The notes under the pieces were generated by a model. That model saw nothing but the letters and a program-made list of their open reading frames with translations, was not told the DNA's origin and made no database searches. From an uncultured Candidatus Saccharibacteria bacterium (GTDB lineage Bacteria > Patescibacteriota > Minisyncoccia > Phycocordibacterales > UBA6899), in contig CAZERF010000001.1 in assembly GCA_964515375.1 (NCBI GenBank), positions 115,243-179,242 of the forward strand: 64,000 nt of DNA, given 5' to 3'. Shown piece by piece: positions 39,847 through 50,207 of the stretch (positions are counted from its first letter, which is position 1; every line of letters starts with the position of its first letter). Made by a program: the position numbers and the translations under genes.

Positions 39847-39951
39847 GGTGTTTAGGATATGCCCATTCTTGAATTGATAAGAAAATGCAATGAAATTATA
39901 CCCTCAGACTCCATCATCCTGTCAAAAATGAGATGAGTGCCTTGAGAAAGA

Positions 39952-41619
39952 TCATGAGATCGAGACGTTCGACGAGGAGGACGCGAGTCCGTCCCTCTTT
40001 TCTCCATAAAAGATCGCGACGGTAAAGAGGCATCCCTTTCCGGGCCCGTCGGAATCTACCCAAATATCCCCTCCCATCGCTTGAAGGAGGCGTTTTGCCA
40101 CATAGAGCCCGAGCCCTGATCCCTCGGTATTTTCTCGCTGTCCTTGCGTGCCCCGCGCGAATTTTGTAAAGAGTTGATGAATATCATCCTGCGAAAGACC
40201 AATGCCTGTGTCTTTGATGTGACAGATAACCCGCTCGTTCTCTTTGTCGTCATCAAGCGAGATCATGATCGATCCTTGCGGGGTGTATTTGATCGCGTTG
40301 TCGATCAGGTTTGAGAAGATCTGGCGAAGCTTCCCTTCGTCTGCGTCAACCACAATACGTTCATCACACAAAGTGAGGTCAAGTGTGAGCCCCTTTTTGT
40401 CCGCGATCGGCATGAACTCCTCGAATATTTCCGTGAGCATCTTGCGTATGTCGACCACAGAAAACTCATAGCGCATGGTTCCTTGTTCGATCTTGGAAAT
40501 ATCCAAAAAGTCATTGACCATATCCGCAAGACGTTTTGAGGAAAGGAATATTTTTTCGATCTGTGTATGTTGCCGGGTACTGAGCGGACCATATGCGTCC
40601 TCGAGGAGCATTGAAGAGTATCCCTTGATCGCAGTGATCGGTGTACGTAATTGATGTGAAACGATCGAGACAAATTCGCTTTTTCGTTGATCCATCACCC
40701 GAAGTTCCTCATTCTTTTTTGCCAACTCCCAGTTTGTTTCGGTCAAACGTTTGGCAAGTTGACTAATTTCACCTCGTGAACGAATCTCTTTATTTACTGC
40801 GACAATAAGAAGATAGCCAACAACAATGATCGCAACGAGAGATGCTGCTTCGATCATTCTCGTGTCACTTTCACCAAGCACAAGACGGCCCAATGAGAGG
40901 AGTACGAGTAGTGCGACGAATGTTTGTGTCGCCAAGAATTGTACGTTAAAAAGATTTAATCGTGCGATCGAATATACGATAATGAGCGGATAGAGGGTAA
41001 AGAAAATGATGGGATAAGGGGGAAGGTTAATATTGAACGTCAAGAAGAATACACTCCCCCCGCCTATGAATCCTGCCAATGAGGCAAGGAGGATGGCGAG
41101 TTTTTGTTTCCGTATTGAACCTTTAGGAGATTCAAGAACTGAAAAAAAGAGTATCATTCCCGCAAGGGTATTTACTCCAAAGAAATAGATCGTAAAGAGT
41201 GGGTAGAGGCCCCCTGCTTCGGGGGCAAAATGAAAAATAAACTTCGGGAGCACTGTCGACATCTCTGTGCTCATATTGGCAACCGCGAAGTATAGGGTAA
41301 ATGGAAGAACTCCAAAAAGAATCGGGAGTAAACGTCGTGTGTTATCGGTCATTAGGATAATAAAGAGAAGGTAGAAGAATGGGATAGCAATCGCCCCGAA
41401 GTGGAGTATCCAATTGGAAAGGAGTGCGGCCTCTTGAGTATCCGCAGTGATCATTGAGAAATATCCAAAACTCCATATTGCACTTGAGATGTTCAGGAGG
41501 AGCCAGGGGAGATGTTTTCTTTTCTCTTTTGCGTTCAATATAACAACAACACCTGAAGCAAGAGCAACGAGTCCGCCAAGAAAAAAGAGGACAGTAAAAT
41601 ATGCAAGTGGAAATGTCAT
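39952..41619 (-). CDS. Sensor histidine kinase with a multi-TM (HisKA_7TM-like) N-terminal sensor
   Basis: About 8-9 hydrophobic segments, then H-box SHQLRTP, N-box NLIDNAIKY, G1 DTGIG, G2 GSGLGL. Confidence 0.95.
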   Translation of the reverse strand: MTFPLAYFTVLFFLGGLVALASGVVVILNAKEKRKHLPWLLLNISSAIWSFGYFSMITADTQEAALLSNWILHFGAIAIPFFYLLFIILMTDNTRRLLPILFGVLPFTLYFAVANMSTEMSTVLPKFIFHFAPEAGGLYPLFTIYFFGVNTLAGMILFFSVLESPKGSIRKQKLAILLASLAGFIGGGSVFFLTFNINLPPYPIIFFTLYPLIIVYSIARLNLFNVQFLATQTFVALLVLLSLGRLVLGESDTRMIEAASLVAIIVVGYLLIVAVNKEIRSRGEISQLAKRLTETNWELAKKNEELRVMDQRKSEFVSIVSHQLRTPITAIKGYSSMLLEDAYGPLSTRQHTQIEKIFLSSKRLADMVNDFLDISKIEQGTMRYEFSVVDIRKMLTEIFEEFMPIADKKGLTLDLTLCDERIVVDADEGKLRQIFSNLIDNAIKYTPQGSIMISLDDDKENERVICHIKDTGIGLSQDDIHQLFTKFARGTQGQRENTEGSGLGLYVAKRLLQAMGGDIWVDSDGPGKGCLFTVAIFYGEKRDGLASSSSNVSIS

Positions 41620-43268
41620 GGGCGATAATTCTCCAAATATTTATTTCCCAATGATGATGGAGGTGTATCGGAAAGAAAGAAATCTGCAAGTCCGGAAAGT
41701 GACGGATAAACAATATTTGTTCCGTGATGTGGTTCGATGTGGATATCCCCCTCAAACGCTCCATTTTTACTCATTGCAACTTCAAAGGCGCGAATCTTCC
41801 CGTCAAGAGCATAAATCGCTGATTGAGGAGAGGAGCATGCGACGTGAGGATTATGTTCCCCATGCACATGCCATCCTTCGGGTATCCTTTCTGGATCAAC
41901 ATATCCGTGCCAGTGCGCAATCGCGAGTCCTTGTTGTGTAAGGTTGGTGATGAAACGTGAGCCCGGCTTCTTGTAGGAAAGCACCGCTGCGATAATAGCA
42001 TTGCCGATGGCATGCGCAAGGATAACGCGCGTATCAAATGAAGGTTTGTAGTCGGGAGTCAATACGAGTCCGCTCGGTGTTTCCATACTCATGACTCCAT
42101 TATGTAATTTAAGCTTTAAGAGATCACGTGACGGATTTAGATTTGTTTTATCCGCTCCCGAGCGTTGTGTGAGAATTTCAACTTCCGGAAGATGTAAAAT
42201 AAGATCTTCTTTTCCGAAGCTCATACGAAGATATGTCTCATCCTCCACTTCAAAAATACCACCAGAAGGAGGAATCATCTCTTTTTTAAACTTTTGCATG
42301 GCCACCTCCATACTCATTGCCGGTGCGATCTTTGTTGGCATTTGCCATGCAAGAAAACCAAAACTCATCCCATTTCGATGATCAAGATGTATTTTCCCAA
42401 TCCAACGATAGAAGCCATTTCGAAATGGGAGCTCGTCAATCTTCTTTCCTGGAGGATAGAGCCCCGTTCCCTGCATGCGGTGACTTCCTTCAATAAAATC
42501 TTTGACGATTTGAGCGTGTCGCTCATCGTGGATATCAAAATGTTTGTTAAGAGAATGAAATTCGGACAACCGGACAGGTTGTATCGGTGCGACAATCTTG
42601 GGGATCAACGCAGACAGTAATGCCTCTCGGAAATCTTCTCCACGAAGAGAGAAGAAGGGGTGCGAAGCATTGAAGTTGTAGAGCAGCCATTCATCGCTCC
42701 CGACCCCAATGACAATATTAGACATATGGTGTGCAAAAAGTGACATTGCGGTGTCGAAGTGTTTGTAGAAATCTGATTTTTTTGAAACTCCATCCGGCAT
42801 ATCAAGCACTGTCACAATTGAGGTGCGGCGAAAACTTGTTGTTCTATCCATTGGGAGCATGTTCGTTTCTTGTTCGCCAACTGAAACAACAGAAATACCA
42901 GGGGTAAAACGTCGCCGGTGACGCAAGATATTCAAGATCGCAGAGGGGTGAACGGGGTGCTTTTTTTGCGAGGAGTGCGTGAGATTGTAAAGAAGGACAT
43001 GGATGTCACGAAGGATTATGACCCCGGCGCGCATCAGTGCTGAATGAAGAGGAACGATGTGTAACGCTTTTTCAGTTGGAATAAGTTGAACTCCAAGCGA
43101 TGAGAGTTCCGCTTCGAATCGTTCCATGAAAAAGAGAACATTTGAAGAGACCTTCTTCTTGTCATAAGGAAGTATTGTGAGCTTTAGCTCACTAAGCATC
43201 TCTTCGCTTTTGGTCGGAGTGTGGGTGCTTATTCCGAGTATGCGTTCAATCACCTCTTGGTGCAGCAT
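41616..43268 (-). CDS. Hypothetical 550-aa protein with a C-terminal class II aldolase/adducin-like motif set
   Basis: SGADKTNL..D, KPSFD, HWH and EPHHG occur in the order of class II aldolase motifs; ATGA overlap with the kinase gene. Confidence 0.75.
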   Translation of the reverse strand: MLHQEVIERILGISTHTPTKSEEMLSELKLTILPYDKKKVSSNVLFFMERFEAELSSLGVQLIPTEKALHIVPLHSALMRAGVIILRDIHVLLYNLTHSSQKKHPVHPSAILNILRHRRRFTPGISVVSVGEQETNMLPMDRTTSFRRTSIVTVLDMPDGVSKKSDFYKHFDTAMSLFAHHMSNIVIGVGSDEWLLYNFNASHPFFSLRGEDFREALLSALIPKIVAPIQPVRLSEFHSLNKHFDIHDERHAQIVKDFIEGSHRMQGTGLYPPGKKIDELPFRNGFYRWIGKIHLDHRNGMSFGFLAWQMPTKIAPAMSMEVAMQKFKKEMIPPSGGIFEVEDETYLRMSFGKEDLILHLPEVEILTQRSGADKTNLNPSRDLLKLKLHNGVMSMETPSGLVLTPDYKPSFDTRVILAHAIGNAIIAAVLSYKKPGSRFITNLTQQGLAIAHWHGYVDPERIPEGWHVHGEHNPHVACSSPQSAIYALDGKIRAFEVAMSKNGAFEGDIHIEPHHGTNIVYPSLSGLADFFLSDTPPSSLGNKYLENYRP

Positions 43269-43319
43269 GGTGTTCTCTTATTTCTTTTAATCACCCGTAG
43301 TATAACATGAGGGCTCTCG

Positions 43320-44003
43320 TTATTGTGAATTCTTCTCCACTTCTTTGTAGATCGAAACCATGAGAGTACGAGCTTGTTCTTTGTGTTCATTAAGGGGTGT
43401 TTCCTTGGGGAATGAGGAGGAGGGGTTGATTGGTTCCAGGAAAGAGAGTGTCACCGAGTGCTTGCGCAGAAAGAATCTTTCCCATGTGATATCCCCTACT
43501 CCGGAAAGAGCAATGGGGACGATGGGCAACCCCGTTGTGGAGGAAAGAAATATAACACCCGCCTTTGCTTCTCCAGGGTGTCCGGAAATATTTGTTTTTC
43601 CTTCAGGAAAGATGAGGACTGACCCCCCTTTTTGAAGCAGGTCAAGATGAGTAGAAAGTGAACGTCGGTAATCTTTCAGCCCCACGTTTGCAGGGTACGC
43701 ACCCCAGCATTTAAAAAAGAATCCTCCGTAAAGCAAGCGCTTTAAGAGGGTGTTCTGGTAAAATCCTTTTTCGCGAGAGACATAGAATATCGGCGCAAAA
43801 CGAGAAAAAAAAGGGAGTGCCGCCGGGAGCAGTATTGGGTCGAGCTCACTTGCGTGGTTGCTGGCGAATATTGCTGGAGCGTGAAGACATTGCACGTGTT
43901 CCATTCCCTTTACTTTCAGGCGAACAAAGAAAAGAAGTGCGAGTCGTGTGGGGATCCAGACTAGTTGCTGCAAGAAAAAGGGGGCTAACGCGCGAAGCAT
44001 CAT
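43320..44003 (-). CDS. Lysophospholipid acyltransferase family protein (PlsC-like)
   Basis: NHASELD (HX4D), IFPEG, LPIVP. Confidence 0.93.
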   Translation of the reverse strand: MMLRALAPFFLQQLVWIPTRLALLFFVRLKVKGMEHVQCLHAPAIFASNHASELDPILLPAALPFFSRFAPIFYVSREKGFYQNTLLKRLLYGGFFFKCWGAYPANVGLKDYRRSLSTHLDLLQKGGSVLIFPEGKTNISGHPGEAKAGVIFLSSTTGLPIVPIALSGVGDITWERFFLRKHSVTLSFLEPINPSSSFPKETPLNEHKEQARTLMVSIYKEVEKNSQ

Positions 44004-44026
44004 AACAGTTTTATGCTTTAGTTATA

Positions 44027-45103
44027 TTATACACCCTCATCTCGCAATTCTTCAATCAGTTGTTTTGCTTTCTTTGAAAGTTTTGCAGGAGAAGAAAGTT
44101 TCAAGTGAATAAGCAGGTCACCTTGCTTGCCGTGAAGTGTATTCGGCACCCCCTTCTCCTTGAGTCGCAAGATGTCGCCGAAATTAACTCCCGCAGGAAC
44201 TTTTACTTCGAGCGGTTTTCCGTCGAGCGCAGTGATCGTGTAGGTTGCTCCGAGCAATGCGTCGGAGAGTTTGATCGTGAGGTCGGCCACGAGATTATTT
44301 CCCTCGCGACGGAACATCTCGTGCGGAGTAACATGGATCTTAATGTAGAGATCTCCCGAAATCCCGCGCGCCACACCCTCTCCTCTTCCACTCATGCGAA
44401 TCATTTCGCCGTTCTGGATCCCCGCAGGGATCGGGATCGTGATCGTTTCTTCTTTTTTATTCACGCCAAGTCCGTGACACTCGGTGCATTTTTCCTCAGG
44501 AACCTTCCCTGTTCCCGCACATACTTGACAGGGGCGCACGGTCGAAAAGCTTCCGAGAAAAGAACGACGCATCTCGCTTACCTTCCCCTTTCCGTCGCAG
44601 GTCGTACATGTTTTGAGCGTACTTCCCGGCTTTGCCCCGCTTCCGCTACATGTCGCACAGCGCGTGGTCTTTCCGAGAGTTATCGTGCGTTCAACTCCAA
44701 AGATACTGTCCTTGAAGGAAAGTTCCATATCCACAGAGATATCTCTTCCCCGTTCCTCGCGCACCCCTCCGGAGGACGCGAATCCCCCGCCGAAGAAATC
44801 GTTGAATATATCACCGAGGTCGGCAGCGTCGAATCCTTCTCCAAAACCCTGAAAACCTCCGCCGTAAGCACCATACGGATTTCCACCACCCGTCGGTCCT
44901 TCTGCTCCATACACATCATAGGCTTCCCTCTTGCGATCATCCGAGAGGGTTTGATACGCCTCATTCACTTCTTTGAATTTTTTCTCATCACCGCCTTTTT
45001 TGTCGGGGTGATATTTATGCGCCAATTTATGGAATGCCTTTTTTATCTCCTCCTTGGTTGCCTTCTTGTCTACTCCGAGTATCTCATAGTAATCTTTTGC
45101 CAT
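44027..45103 (-). CDS. dnaJ: Chaperone DnaJ
   Basis: HPD J-domain, G/F region, four CxxCxGxG repeats. Confidence 0.98.
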   Translation of the reverse strand: MAKDYYEILGVDKKATKEEIKKAFHKLAHKYHPDKKGGDEKKFKEVNEAYQTLSDDRKREAYDVYGAEGPTGGGNPYGAYGGGFQGFGEGFDAADLGDIFNDFFGGGFASSGGVREERGRDISVDMELSFKDSIFGVERTITLGKTTRCATCSGSGAKPGSTLKTCTTCDGKGKVSEMRRSFLGSFSTVRPCQVCAGTGKVPEEKCTECHGLGVNKKEETITIPIPAGIQNGEMIRMSGRGEGVARGISGDLYIKIHVTPHEMFRREGNNLVADLTIKLSDALLGATYTITALDGKPLEVKVPAGVNFGDILRLKEKGVPNTLHGKQGDLLIHLKLSSPAKLSKKAKQLIEELRDEGV

Positions 45104-45154
45104 AGTGTCCGGTTTTGGGTTAGTTGTTCGCCATATACGCGAAGTACAGATTGA

Positions 45155-45183
45155 AGTATACTTATTTTTCCGCTATTTGACAA
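45155..45183 (-). promoter_or_regulatory. Independent promoter of dnaJ
   Basis: TTGTCA-17-TATACT on the minus strand. Confidence 0.65.
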
Positions 45184-45207
45184 CTATTTGATTCACTGCT
45201 TTTATGC

Positions 45208-45238
45208 AAAAAAATCCTCGTTGATACGAGGATTTTTT
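45208..45238. terminator. Terminator after dnaK
   Basis: A-tract, TCCTCG-TTGATA-CGAGGA hairpin, T-tract. Confidence 0.8.
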
Positions 45239-45254
45239 ATTTTACTGTGAGTGA

Positions 45255-47147
45255 TCACACGTCGTGAACCTTTCCTGATGAGGGCTCCTGACCCTCTTCG
45301 TTTTTCGGTGCCTCACCTTCCCCGCTTGGAGTCTCGGAGGTGCTTTGTTGTTTTGCCATCTCCTCCCCGATCTTTTGAAGCGCGTCAGAGAGTGCCTCGG
45401 TATCCTTTTTGATCACTTCCATGTCGCCCTCCTCCTTGCTTTTCTTGAGCGTGGCGATCTTTGCTTCGACATCAGACTTGATCGTGGCGGGGACTTTCTC
45501 TCCTTGCTCATGAAGCGAACGCTCCGCGGTGTAGATCAAGCTTTCGGCAATGTTTGTGACCTCGATCTTTTCCTTCATCTTTCGATCTTCTTCGGCGTGC
45601 GCATCGGCCTCGTTCTTCATGCGCTCAATATCCTCCTTAGAAAGGGACGAGCGTGCTTCGATGCGAATAGACTGTTCCTTTCCGGAGGTCTTGTCTTTCG
45701 CTTTGACGTTCAAGATACCGTTCGCATCAACGTCAAAGGTCACTTCGACCTGTGGGACGCCACGTGGCGCGGGAGGGATGCCGTCGAGCATGAAGCGTCC
45801 AAGAGACTTGTTCTGTGAGGCCATAGGTCGCTCACCTTGTACGACATGGACTTCTACTGAGGTTTGGTTATCCGCGGCGGTCGAAAAGACTTGGCTTTTT
45901 GACGCAGGGATCGTTGTATTCTTTTCGATCAAATGAGTCGCAACGCCACCCATCGTCTCGATACCAAGCGAAAGCGGGATCACGTCGAGCAGAAGGATGT
46001 CGTGCACATCGCCCTGAAGGATACCGCCTTGGATCGCAGCTCCCGCGGCGACGACTTCATCAGGATTCACGGACATGTTCGGTTTCTTTCCGAAATATGA
46101 TTCAACCGCCTTTTGCATTGCCGGCATGCGCGTTTGTCCGCCGACAAGAATAACTTCGTTGATCTCACTGATACCGAAAGGTGACGCTTCCATCGCGCGC
46201 TTTGAGATCTCCATGGCGCGGTCAATAAACTCTTGAGTCAATTCTTCAAGTTTTGCCCGGGAAAGTTTGATGACGAGATGTTTCGGACCAGTCGCGTCGG
46301 AGGTGATGAATGGGAGGTTGACCTCTGATTCCATCGCGCTCGAAAGTTCGATCTTTGCCTTCTCCGCCGCTTCGTCGAGACGCTGCTTCGCCAAGGGGTC
46401 ATTGCGAACATCAATACCGGAATCTTTTTTGAACTCCTCGGCAAGATAATTGATAATCTTTTGGTCAATGTCTTTCCCTCCAAGGTGCGCATCGCCGTCG
46501 GTCGCTTTGACCTCAATGACATCTTCACCAACCTCAAGCACGGAAATGTCAAACGTTCCGCCACCAAAGTCGAACACGACAACCTTTTCATTCTTCTTTT
46601 TGTTGAATCCGTACGCGAGAGCCGCCGCGGTCGGCTCATTAATGATACGCTTGACTTCGAGACCCGCGATCTTGCCCGCATCTTTTGTTGCCTGACGCTG
46701 AGAATCATTGAAGTACGCGGGCACCGTGATGACTGCTTCCGTGATCTTTTCTCCAAGCTTTGCCTCAGCATCTGCTTTGAGTTTTTGGAGGATCATTGCG
46801 GACGCTTCTTCCGGACGATACCATTTTTCCCCCATCTTGACCTCAATACCGCCATTGTCCGATTTGCGCATTTCAAAAGGCACAACATTTCTGTCTTTTT
46901 GGATAGCGTCTTCGTCAAAGTTGTGTCCAATGAACCGCTTGATCTGATAGATCGTTCCTTTCGGATTGGTGACGGCCTGACGTTTTGCCGCAAGTCCGAC
47001 CACGCGCTCTCCCGTTTTTGCCTCAGCCGCAATGGACGGGGTCGTTCTCATTCCTTCAACGTTCTCGATGATACGAGGTTCTCCCGCTTCAACGATCGCC
47101 ATTGCACAGTTTGTCGTACCGAGATCGATACCAAGAATCTTTGCCAT
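45255..47147 (-). CDS. dnaK: Chaperone DnaK
   Basis: [31 protein letters not shown]. Confidence 0.99.
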   Translation of the reverse strand: MAKILGIDLGTTNCAMAIVEAGEPRIIENVEGMRTTPSIAAEAKTGERVVGLAAKRQAVTNPKGTIYQIKRFIGHNFDEDAIQKDRNVVPFEMRKSDNGGIEVKMGEKWYRPEEASAMILQKLKADAEAKLGEKITEAVITVPAYFNDSQRQATKDAGKIAGLEVKRIINEPTAAALAYGFNKKKNEKVVVFDFGGGTFDISVLEVGEDVIEVKATDGDAHLGGKDIDQKIINYLAEEFKKDSGIDVRNDPLAKQRLDEAAEKAKIELSSAMESEVNLPFITSDATGPKHLVIKLSRAKLEELTQEFIDRAMEISKRAMEASPFGISEINEVILVGGQTRMPAMQKAVESYFGKKPNMSVNPDEVVAAGAAIQGGILQGDVHDILLLDVIPLSLGIETMGGVATHLIEKNTTIPASKSQVFSTAADNQTSVEVHVVQGERPMASQNKSLGRFMLDGIPPAPRGVPQVEVTFDVDANGILNVKAKDKTSGKEQSIRIEARSSLSKEDIERMKNEADAHAEEDRKMKEKIEVTNIAESLIYTAERSLHEQGEKVPATIKSDVEAKIATLKKSKEEGDMEVIKKDTEALSDALQKIGEEMAKQQSTSETPSGEGEAPKNEEGQEPSSGKVHDV

Positions 47148-47209
47148 AGGTGAATGGATTAACTAATGATAAAAAATTTCAGATCGTAACTAATATCTAC
47201 GGAAGCTCC

Positions 47210-47860
47210 CTACTCTCCATGTTCTTTGTAGACCTTGACTTGTGGAGATCTGATGACCTTTCCGTTCAGCCGATATCCCACATGTACCACCTCCGCGATC
47301 TTTCCATAAAGCGTTTCATCGCTCGTGGGTATCGCCTCGATCGCCGTGTGTTCATTCGGGTCGAAATCCTGCTCTTTCGGATCAATCTCCTCAAGTCCGT
47401 TTGCAGAGAGCGCTTGCGTGAGCTGTGTGTGAATATGTTCTACTCCCACTCGCCAAGAAGGGTCAACTTTCTCCCATACTTCCTTATTGGCGAAGGCCAT
47501 GCGAAAACTTTCAAGAACGGGCAAAAGGTCTGTCACGATTCCCTCTCTCGAGTACTTGATGAATTCTTGCTTTGCTTCTTCTTCTCGACGTTTAAAGTTG
47601 ATGAAGTCAGCTTTAAGACGCTGCCACCCATCAAGATACTCTTGTTTTTCTCGCTGGCACTCCTTCAACTGTTCACGCAATCTCCTGATTCGATCTTGCG
47701 GGGTCATTGTTCCCGACCCGATGATATCATCATTATAAGTTTCTATTTCAATATCGTCAAGTTCCTCTTGCGGGAGAACATCGACTCCCCCTCCAAGCGA
47801 AACGTCTCGTTCTGATGAGAGATCCTCATCGTTCATTTGTGTCTCATCTTTATCATTCAT
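47210..47860 (-). CDS. grpE: Nucleotide exchange factor GrpE
   Basis: R..ADF.NFKRR, LLPVL, FDPNEH.A, GY.LNGKVIR. Confidence 0.96.
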   Translation of the reverse strand: MNDKDETQMNDEDLSSERDVSLGGGVDVLPQEELDDIEIETYNDDIIGSGTMTPQDRIRRLREQLKECQREKQEYLDGWQRLKADFINFKRREEEAKQEFIKYSREGIVTDLLPVLESFRMAFANKEVWEKVDPSWRVGVEHIHTQLTQALSANGLEEIDPKEQDFDPNEHTAIEAIPTSDETLYGKIAEVVHVGYRLNGKVIRSPQVKVYKEHGE

Positions 47861-47931
47861 GTCGATAGTGTAACAGATGGAACGATAAAATTCAAAAATC
47901 CCTATCCTGCCTGCTTGTCACCGGTTGACAC

Positions 47932-47970
47932 AAAAAAAAGACCGTGAGATATCCTGACGGTCTTTTTTTT
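47932..47970. terminator. Terminator after rpsI
   Basis: A-tract, GACCGT...ACGGTC hairpin, T-tract. Confidence 0.8.
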
Positions 47971-47983
47971 GTATTGTTGAGTT

Positions 47984-48415
47984 CTAGCGTTTCGACCACT
48001 GAGAGGCCTTGCGCGCTTTCTTGAGTCCGGGGTGCTTGCGCTCCTTTTTTCGTGAATCACGCTTCAGAAATCCGAGCTTCTTGAGCTCACCTTTCTGAGT
48101 AGCGTCTTCCTTAACGAGGACACGGGAAAGACCATGGCGAACTGCTTCTGCCTGCGAATGCACTCCTCCTCCGTTCACATGCACGGAAACGGCATATTTT
48201 CCCGGAAATCCCTCACGAGCGAGAGGGGCGTTCACGATCATGCGGAGCTCTTCGGTCTTGAAGTACTCTTCGACGGGTCGATCATTCACACTGTATGTAT
48301 TCTTTGCTCCGGGAACAGCGCGCACACGCGCGATCGCAGTCTTGCGACGCCCGACCGCTTCAATGTAGTCTGCTCCAGATTTCGAACTCTTGGGTTTTGT
48401 TGTTCCTGTGGTCAT
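47984..48415 (-). CDS. rpsI: 30S ribosomal protein S9
   Basis: [32 protein letters not shown]. Confidence 0.98.
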   Translation of the reverse strand: MTTGTTKPKSSKSGADYIEAVGRRKTAIARVRAVPGAKNTYSVNDRPVEEYFKTEELRMIVNAPLAREGFPGKYAVSVHVNGGGVHSQAEAVRHGLSRVLVKEDATQKGELKKLGFLKRDSRKKERKHPGLKKARKASQWSKR

Positions 48416-48423
48416 GTTCGCAA

Positions 48424-48768
48424 CTATCCTTCAATGATTAAATTATGCATGCGTTTATCACGAAGGGTGTTCCCGGGAAGCATACCCTTGACGGCACGCT
48501 TCAAGACATCGGCATGACCCTTCTTTACGATCGCGTCCTTGAGAAAAAGCTTCTTATCAGAACCGGGATAACCGCTGTGACTGTGATAATACTTCTGATC
48601 CATTTTTGTTTCGCGAATGACAAGACCGCTTGCGTTCACGATCTTGACCTTGACGTCGGCAACGGCATTCTTTTTGACCGTTGTGGTGTTTTTCGCAAGC
48701 AGGATCTTGGCCGCTTCGCTCGCGACTCGACCAAGTGACTTCCCTTTTGCGTCAATGATGTGTTCCAT
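48424..48768 (-). CDS. rplM: 50S ribosomal protein L13 (short, divergent)
   Basis: [25 protein letters not shown]. Confidence 0.95.
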   Translation of the reverse strand: MEHIIDAKGKSLGRVASEAAKILLAKNTTTVKKNAVADVKVKIVNASGLVIRETKMDQKYYHSHSGYPGSDKKLFLKDAIVKKGHADVLKRAVKGMLPGNTLRDKRMHNLIIEG

Positions 48769-48780
48769 GATGATGCAATG

Positions 48781-49143
48781 TTACTTAACGAATTCAATGA
48801 CGGACATCGGAGAAGCATCACCGGTCCCACTCCGCTGACCGATCTTGGTCAAACGCGTGTATCCACCCTTGCGGTCGGCATAGCGCGGGGCGATCTCGGA
48901 GATCAGCTTCTTGACCGCGGTGCGGTTGTTGTTGAGGCGAGATTGCAAAAGGCGCACATTGGGAATCGTATTAGTGCGAGCCTTGGTGACCATCTTTTCG
49001 ATCACCGGGCGAAGCGCTTTTGCCTTTGCTTCGGTTGTCGTGATCTTTTCGTGAACGATAAGAGACACGACAAGTGAACGCATCAGTGCTGCCCTTTCTC
49101 CTGCCTGTCTTCCGAATTTTTTGTTGGTATTGTGGTGTCTCAT
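48781..49143 (-). CDS. rplQ: 50S ribosomal protein L17
   Basis: MRH, ITTTEAKAK, R.GGYTR. Confidence 0.98.
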   Translation of the reverse strand: MRHHNTNKKFGRQAGERAALMRSLVVSLIVHEKITTTEAKAKALRPVIEKMVTKARTNTIPNVRLLQSRLNNNRTAVKKLISEIAPRYADRKGGYTRLTKIGQRSGTGDASPMSVIEFVK

Positions 49144-49165
49144 ACGTGATAAGTGATAAAACTTC

Positions 49166-50137
49166 TTACTGCTTGAGTGTCACTCCAAAGTTTGAGAGTG
49201 CGCGCTTGATCTCTTGAACGCCCTTTTCGCCAAGTCCGTCGATGTCGAGAAGATCCTCTTCCTTCTTGCGGACAAGTCCGCCTACTGTACGAATATTTGC
49301 GCCGGAAAGTGCGTTTAGTGTTCTTGAAGAAAGATCAAGTGTGTCGATGCGGGTCTTTAAGAACTCGGTATCAACTCCGCTCTCTTCATGCTCCTCAGCG
49401 GACTCAACCTCCTCGGGGGCAACCTCTTCTTTGATGAGCTCTTCTTCTTTGAAACCGATGATCGCCTTCAGTTGATGGATCATGACCTCGATCGAATTCT
49501 CAAGTGCAGTGCGAGGAAGGAGTGTTCCGTCCGTTTCGATGGTGATCTTGAGCCGATTGTAGTCGGTACGGTCTCCAACGCGCATCGTCTCCACTTCGTA
49601 GTTCACACGGCGAATAGGAGTAAAGGCGGCATCAAGTGCGATCATTCCGATCTCTACCTTCTCCTTCTGGATCGCCTCCTTAGGAAGGTATCCAAGACCC
49701 ATCTCCACCTTCATTTCAATGTTGAGATTCGTGTTTTTGTCGGTGACCTCGCAGATATATTGCTCGGGATTGAGGATATCTACTTGCCCGGAAGTTGCAA
49801 TGTCCGCGGCGGTTACCTTGCGAAGTCCTGAGACGGAAAGCGTGAGCATTTGCGGTTCTTCCGTCAACATCTTGAAACGAACTTTCTTGAGATTCAAAAT
49901 AAGAGAAATAACATCCTCCTGAAGTCCGTCGATCGTCGAGAACTCATGCAAAACACCATCGATCTTGATCTGGGTGATGGCGGCACCGGGAAGCGATGAA
50001 AGAATGATACGTCGGAGTGAGTTTCCGATCGTGTGACCGTAACCGGGGTAAAGACCCTCGATCTCGTACACCCCCAAAAAGCCTTCCTCGCGCACAGGTC
50101 TTGGCTTTGACGGCAACGCAACATTATGGTCAAGCAT
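49166..50137 (-). CDS. rpoA: RNA polymerase subunit alpha
   Basis: GYGHTIGNSLRRIILSS, HEFST, alpha-CTD LSSRTLNAL. Confidence 0.98.
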   Translation of the reverse strand: MLDHNVALPSKPRPVREEGFLGVYEIEGLYPGYGHTIGNSLRRIILSSLPGAAITQIKIDGVLHEFSTIDGLQEDVISLILNLKKVRFKMLTEEPQMLTLSVSGLRKVTAADIATSGQVDILNPEQYICEVTDKNTNLNIEMKVEMGLGYLPKEAIQKEKVEIGMIALDAAFTPIRRVNYEVETMRVGDRTDYNRLKITIETDGTLLPRTALENSIEVMIHQLKAIIGFKEEELIKEEVAPEEVESAEEHEESGVDTEFLKTRIDTLDLSSRTLNALSGANIRTVGGLVRKKEEDLLDIDGLGEKGVQEIKRALSNFGVTLKQ

Positions 50138-50207
50138 AGCAAGTAGAATTATGGCTTAATAACAACGTGTTCTAATGAGATATACTAGCACACCAGAGCA
50201 CGGAATA

